64,000 nt of DNA from Macrostomum lignano (taxonomy: Eukaryota). The stretch covers positions 1-64,000 of the forward strand of contig NIVC01000042.1 in NCBI GenBank assembly GCA_002269645.1, given 5' to 3'. The stretch's first letter is position 1, and every line of letters begins with the position of its first letter. The notes under the pieces were generated by a model. It saw only the letters and a list, made by a program, of their open reading frames with translations, made no database searches and was not told the origin of the DNA. Both the position numbers and the translations under genes were made by a program. Shown piece after piece: positions 59,074 through 64,000 of this stretch.

Positions 59074-59730
59074 TGATGCGGATGTAGATTCAGATGAAGG
59101 ATGTTGATGCGGATGTAGATTCATATGAAGGATGTTGATGTGGACGTAGATTTAGATAAAGGATGCTGATGCGGATGAAGGATAGTGATGAGTATGTAGA
59201 TTCAGATAAAGGATGCTGATGAGGATGTAGATTCAGATAAAGGATGTTGATGCGGATGTAGATTCAGATGAAGGATGTTGAAGGGAATGTAGATTTAGAT
59301 CAAGGATGTTGAAGGGAATGTAGATTCAGATGAAGGATGCTGATGCGGATGAAGATTTAGATGAAGGATGCTGATGCGGATTTAGATGAAGGATGCTGAT
59401 GCAGATTAAGGATACTGATGAGGATATAGATTCAGATGAAGGATGCTGATGAGAATGCAGACTCAGATGAAGGATGCTGATGAGAATGCAGACTCAGATG
59501 AAGGATGCTGATGAGAATGCAGACTCAGATGAAGGATGCTGATGAGAATGCAGAATCAGATGAAGGATGCTGATGAGAATGCAGACTCAGATGAAGGATG
59601 CTGATGAGAATGCAGATTCAGATGAAGGATGCTGATGAGGCAGACTCAGATGAAGGATGCTGATGAGAATGCAGACTCAGATGAAGGATGCTGATGCGAA
59701 TGCAGACTCAGATGAAGGATGCTGAGGCAG
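59040..59730. repeat. ~31-bp minisatellite (GATGAAGGATGCTGATGAGAATGCAGACTCA)
   Basis: Direct tandem array overlapping the end of the LicD ORF. Confidence 0.9.
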
Positions 59731-60797
59731 ATTCAGCTGGAGGTTGCGGTTACATCAGCTGCTTAGTCTCAAGAGACGCGAACTGTTTTGCATTTTATTT
59801 GCCTCTAGTGCTGGCACATCTGCTGAATCAAATATATGCGGCTCCAGACTGAATGTCTTTGTTTCAATTGGTGAATTCATGCCTTCTGAATAGTAAAACG
59901 TGCGAACTCGATATTAAAATGAATCTACAGTCTCAACTGCTGTTTATCGAAATTATGGAAAATATACACTTAAGAGTTTTTACAATTCCAGTTTTGGACT
60001 ATACTACTTGCATTAGTAAGTTGTAACCATGCACTGCTCGCAGTTCAGCGGCGACTTAAATAATTTTTAATTCAACTACAAGCAGCAGCAGAGCGTATCT
60101 CTTGGATGCGGGCTTCTATTGCTCCATATGGACAATTATTACTAATAATTGCTACGGAGCTATTGACTATATGCCATGCAGTTTTGCCCGAGACCGAACC
60201 ACCGTGAACGGACATGAGAGAGTGGATTTTGTGGGCGGCATTGCTAGGGGAGAGAGAGAGACAATGACGCGGGCTGCTCTGCGGTGCTCTCCTCTTCTCT
60301 CTCTCTCTCTCTCTCTCTCGCTTTGGCGCAGAAATCAATCAATGTTATCGATTGAAAAATACTGCCTGCCTGACTGCAGTGGCCTGGAGGGCTGAAGAGA
60401 GAGAGAGACGGAAGTCAAGTGTAGATTAATATAACTTGACTGCTTTTGCGCTATCTCGGAGCGCGCTGTTATCTGTGCAAAGCGAGCCTGGCTATCATAC
60501 AAAAATCGCTTTTTCCTCTCTGAATCGTGTGGATTTTTGCCAGATATCGGCGCAGCAAGGCCTCAGCCATGCGGTGGGCCGAGTCGAGAGCTTCGGTTTG
60601 AAACATCTGGCATAGTTTGCAGCGAGAAAGAATATTGCTCTCGTTCTGAGCCTTTAACTGCAGTCGCCCTACAGCTTGGGTGGATCCACGAAGCGCGCAC
60701 TTGTTTCGTAGCTGCTCCTGTCCGAGTGCGATCCATGGCCCCCCGTCTGGCTTGGATTGAAACCCGCTATCGTTAAAGTTGAGATCGCTCGGCAATC

Positions 60798-63248
60798 ATG
60801 AGTATTATAACCATCACGGTGAAGTGCGACCTCGACAATGATGAGATATTCGGTCGGGTGCACGTGCAGACCACGGCGGACCGGACACTGGACTGGTTGT
60901 TGGACGAGTTTTGCACTGAGAAGCGGGTTAAACGCAAGGAAACGTTTGCATTGCGCAGGAACGCCGCTAATCCTGAGCTGGACTTGGCGAAGACCATCGC
61001 CGAATCCGGCTTGACTGATGGCGAGACCATCTTTGCCTATAATAAGAGTGAGTCGCGCTGTCCATGTGACTTGCTTGGGGCGATGTCGGGTGCTGATCAG
61101 ATGCAGTCCCTCAGCTTGCAGGCATGCTGCAGTTGGTGCAGATCCCATGCAGTCCCTCAGCTTGCAGACATGCTGTACTGGACATCCAGACTGTTACCGT
61201 GACTTCCCAAATCCCATTATCCCCACCTCGCAGATCCGCCGCCACCTCCACCGGACCTGCCGAAGGTGCCGCCGCCGGCCCTGTCCACCTGGTGGATTCT
61301 GGCAGCTCTGGCGCTCGCCATCGGAGCTATTGGACTCATCGTCCTGGTTGTGGTGCACCTCACCTTGAGTCGGCCGGCTGTGACTGTAAGACTCTCTGGA
61401 TTTATCTGTCTGTTTGGGAGGGTCATCTTGGGGCAGGGCATGCCAGCGATAAACGTACCTGACTCTTGCGCTGTCTTCCCACAGTTCGGGGTCATCGTGG
61501 ACGCGGGCGCGCACTCCACGAAGGCCTACATCTACGCTTGGCGCTCAAGCAAGTACCGCGGCAACGGAGTGGTGCTCCAGAAGGCCACCGCCCACACTTG
61601 TAAGAGATCTCGAGCCTCAAGTGCTTGACCTCAAGCCGAAGTGACTTGGCTTTGTTCATCATCATTTTCATTTATCATATTTATTTTATTACTTTCAGCG
61701 CTCCCTATACAAGTGGCCGGAGGCCTGAGTCAAATGCGAGAGGCCGTCAGCGCCGTGAGACCGGCGGTGCCAGAGAAACTTGAGAAGCAAACCAAACTGT
61801 ATCTGGGCGCCACTGCCGGGATGAGGATGTACAGGTAAGGCTGATGAGCTGTTTGACCGATTGCTTAGCTGTGTGACCCATTGCTGAGCTGTGTGACCCA
61901 TTGCTGAGCTGTGTGACTGATTGCTGAGCTGTGTGACCGATTTCTGAGCTGTGTGACCGATTGCTGAGCTGTGTGACCGATTGCTGAGCTGTGTGACCGA
62001 TTACTGGGCTGTGTGATCTATTGCTGAGCTGTATGACCGATTGCTGAGCTGTGTGACTGATTGCTGAGCTGTGTGACCGATTGCTGAGCTGTGTGACCGA
62101 TTGCTGAGCTGTGTGTCTGACTGCTGAGTTGTGTGACTGATTGCTGAGCTGTGTGACCGATTGCTGAGCTGTGTGACCGGTTGCTGAGCTGTGTGACCGA
62201 TTGCTGAGCTGTATGACCGATTGCTGAGCTGTGTGACTGATTGCTGAGCTGTGTGACCGATTGCTGAGCTGTGTGACCGATTGCTGAGCTGTGTGACTGA
62301 TTGCTGAGCTGTTGTGACCGATTGCTTAGCTGTGTGACCGATTGCTGAGCTGTGTGACCGATTACTGGGCTGTGTGACCGATTGCTGAGCTGTGTGACCG
62401 ATTGCTGAGCTGTGTGACCGATTGCTGAGCTGTGTGACCGATTACTGGGCTGTGTGACCGATTGCTGAGCTGTGTGACCGATTGCTGAGCTGTGTGACCG
62501 ATTGCTGAGCTGTGTGACTGATTGCTGAGCTGTTGTGACCGATTGCTGAGCTGTGTGACCGATTGCTGAGCTGTGTGACCGATTACTGGGCTGTTGTGAC
62601 CGATTGCTGAGCTGTGTGACCGATTGCTGAGCTGTGTGATCTATTGCTGAGCTGTGTGACCGACTGCCAACTGTGTGACCGAATCGATCTCAGTTCTCAG
62701 CAGTTCCACCCACCGCCACCCAAACGCCCCCCCCCCCCCCTGCTCTCAGATCCGTGAACGCCTCTAAAGCTAAAGCCGTTCTCTCGGATGCCCGGAAAAT
62801 TCTGCGGCCGGACGGCAGCGGCGGCTTCCACTTTGAAGTCGGCGGCGTGCGCATCCTTGAAGGTGACGAGGAGGCGCGCGCCGGCTGGCTGGCCGTCAAC
62901 TTCCTTAAAGGCGGATTCGGCGACCTGCCTGCGCGGGAGGCGGCGCAGAACGCCGGTTCGACCGCCAATCCGCCGCCAGATCTGCCAGCAACCTTCGGGA
63001 GCCTCGACCTTGGCGACGGCAGCGTCCAGGTCGCCTTCGAGTCGCCGCCGGACTCGCCGCCCGACTCGCCGGACACGCAACCGCTGACTGTCTATGGCCG
63101 CACCAGGCGGGTCTACGCGCACAGCTTCGGCTGCTACGGACTCGGCGCGGCCCAGCGGCGAGCCATCGGCCGGGCCATCGCCGACGCAGGATATGACGAT
63201 GGCAAACCCGTGGATTTTCCCTGCTGGCAGCTGGGTTACTCGGACAAG
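60798..63248 (+). CDS. ENTPD: GDA1/CD39-family NTPDase with an N-terminal ubiquitin-like domain, 3'-partial. Exons 60798-61047, 61234-61385, 61485-61599, 61699-61834, 62750-63248.
   Basis: TM WWILAALALAIGAIGLIVLVVV; ACR1 FGVIVDAGAHST; ACR2 LYLGATAGMR; ACR3 ILEGDEEARAGWLAVNFL; ACR4 TFGSLDLGDGSVQVAF; YAHSFGCYG; FPCWQLGY. Junction phases are consistent. Confidence 0.88.
61845..62690. repeat. 20-bp intronic minisatellite (TTGCTGAGCTGTGTGACCGA)
   Basis: Direct tandem array in NTPDase intron 4. Confidence 0.95.
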
Positions 63249-63329
63249 GTGCGACAGGAGCTCCGGTATCCCGTGCCATCCCTGGTCCCTTATCTCCCCA
63301 GGCTATTCTCACAACCCATCCCCATCCCT

Positions 63330-64000
63330 ATGCCTCACACCATACCACACCATGCAATACCAATACCACACCAATACCACACCATGCCACACCAATACCA
63401 CACCATGCCACACCAATACCACACCATGCCACACCAATACCACACCACGCCACACCAATACCACACCATGCCACACGAATACCACACCATGCCACACCAA
63501 TACCAAACCATGCCACACCAATACCACACCATGCCACACCATGCCACACCAATACCACACCATGCCACACCAATACCACACCATGCCACACCATGCCACA
63601 CCAATACCACACTAATACCACACCATGCCACACCAATACCACACCATGCCACACCATGCCACACCAATACCACACCATGCCACACCATGCCACACCAGTA
63701 CCACACCATGCCACACCAATACCACACCATGCCACACCATGCCACACCAATACCACACTAATACCACACCATGCCACACCAATACCACACCATGCCACAC
63801 CAATACCACACCATGCCACACCATGCCACACCAATACCACACTAATACCACACCATGCCACACCAATACCACACTAATACCACACCATGCCACACCATGC
63901 CACACCAATACCACACCAATACCACACCAATACCACACCATACCACACCAATACCACACCAATACCACACCATGCCACACCAATACCACACCATGCCACA
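63330..64000. repeat. Intronic CCACACCAATA/CCACACCATG minisatellite, running off the window end
   Basis: Direct tandem array after the donor at 63249. Confidence 0.95.

Noticed and set aside
58117-59124. 335-aa antisense ORF over LicD, and similar antisense ORFs over the other GC-rich exons
   Set aside because: Shadow ORFs caused by GC-rich codon usage.
58084-63248. Functional coupling of the adjacent LicD and NTPDase genes
   Set aside because: Only adjacency supports it; gene order in eukaryotes is weak evidence without conserved synteny.

Overview
Eukaryotic, intron- and minisatellite-rich DNA with GC-rich exons. The style suggests a free-living flatworm such as Macrostomum, which is an inference. 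All exon models were spliced by hand from GT/AG sites and reading phase; no database search was run. Host genes: the 3' part of an LCCH3/GAB-1-like Cys-loop receptor subunit, an intronless and disabled DEG/ENaC channel, ADF/cofilin, a securin-like D-box/KEN protein, PABPN1, a LicD-family nucleotidyltransferase, and a CD39-type NTPDase fused to an N-terminal ubiquitin-like domain. The most striking object is a ~15.3 kb DNA transposon (9052-24396). It has kilobase-scale terminal inverted repeats (TIRs), a 7-bp target-site duplication (TSD), an apparently intact 10-exon KDZ (Kyakuja-Dileera-Zisupton) transposase, and a convergent HMG-box-like gene carrying a long PNPPTV repeat. Other mobile DNA: an intact DD34D mariner, a KP-like THAP-only P-element derivative, two head-to-tail Helitrons carrying different satellites, hAT-like and foldback MITEs, a MULE relic and an EnSpm-like element. 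At least a dozen distinct minisatellites fill the introns and gaps.
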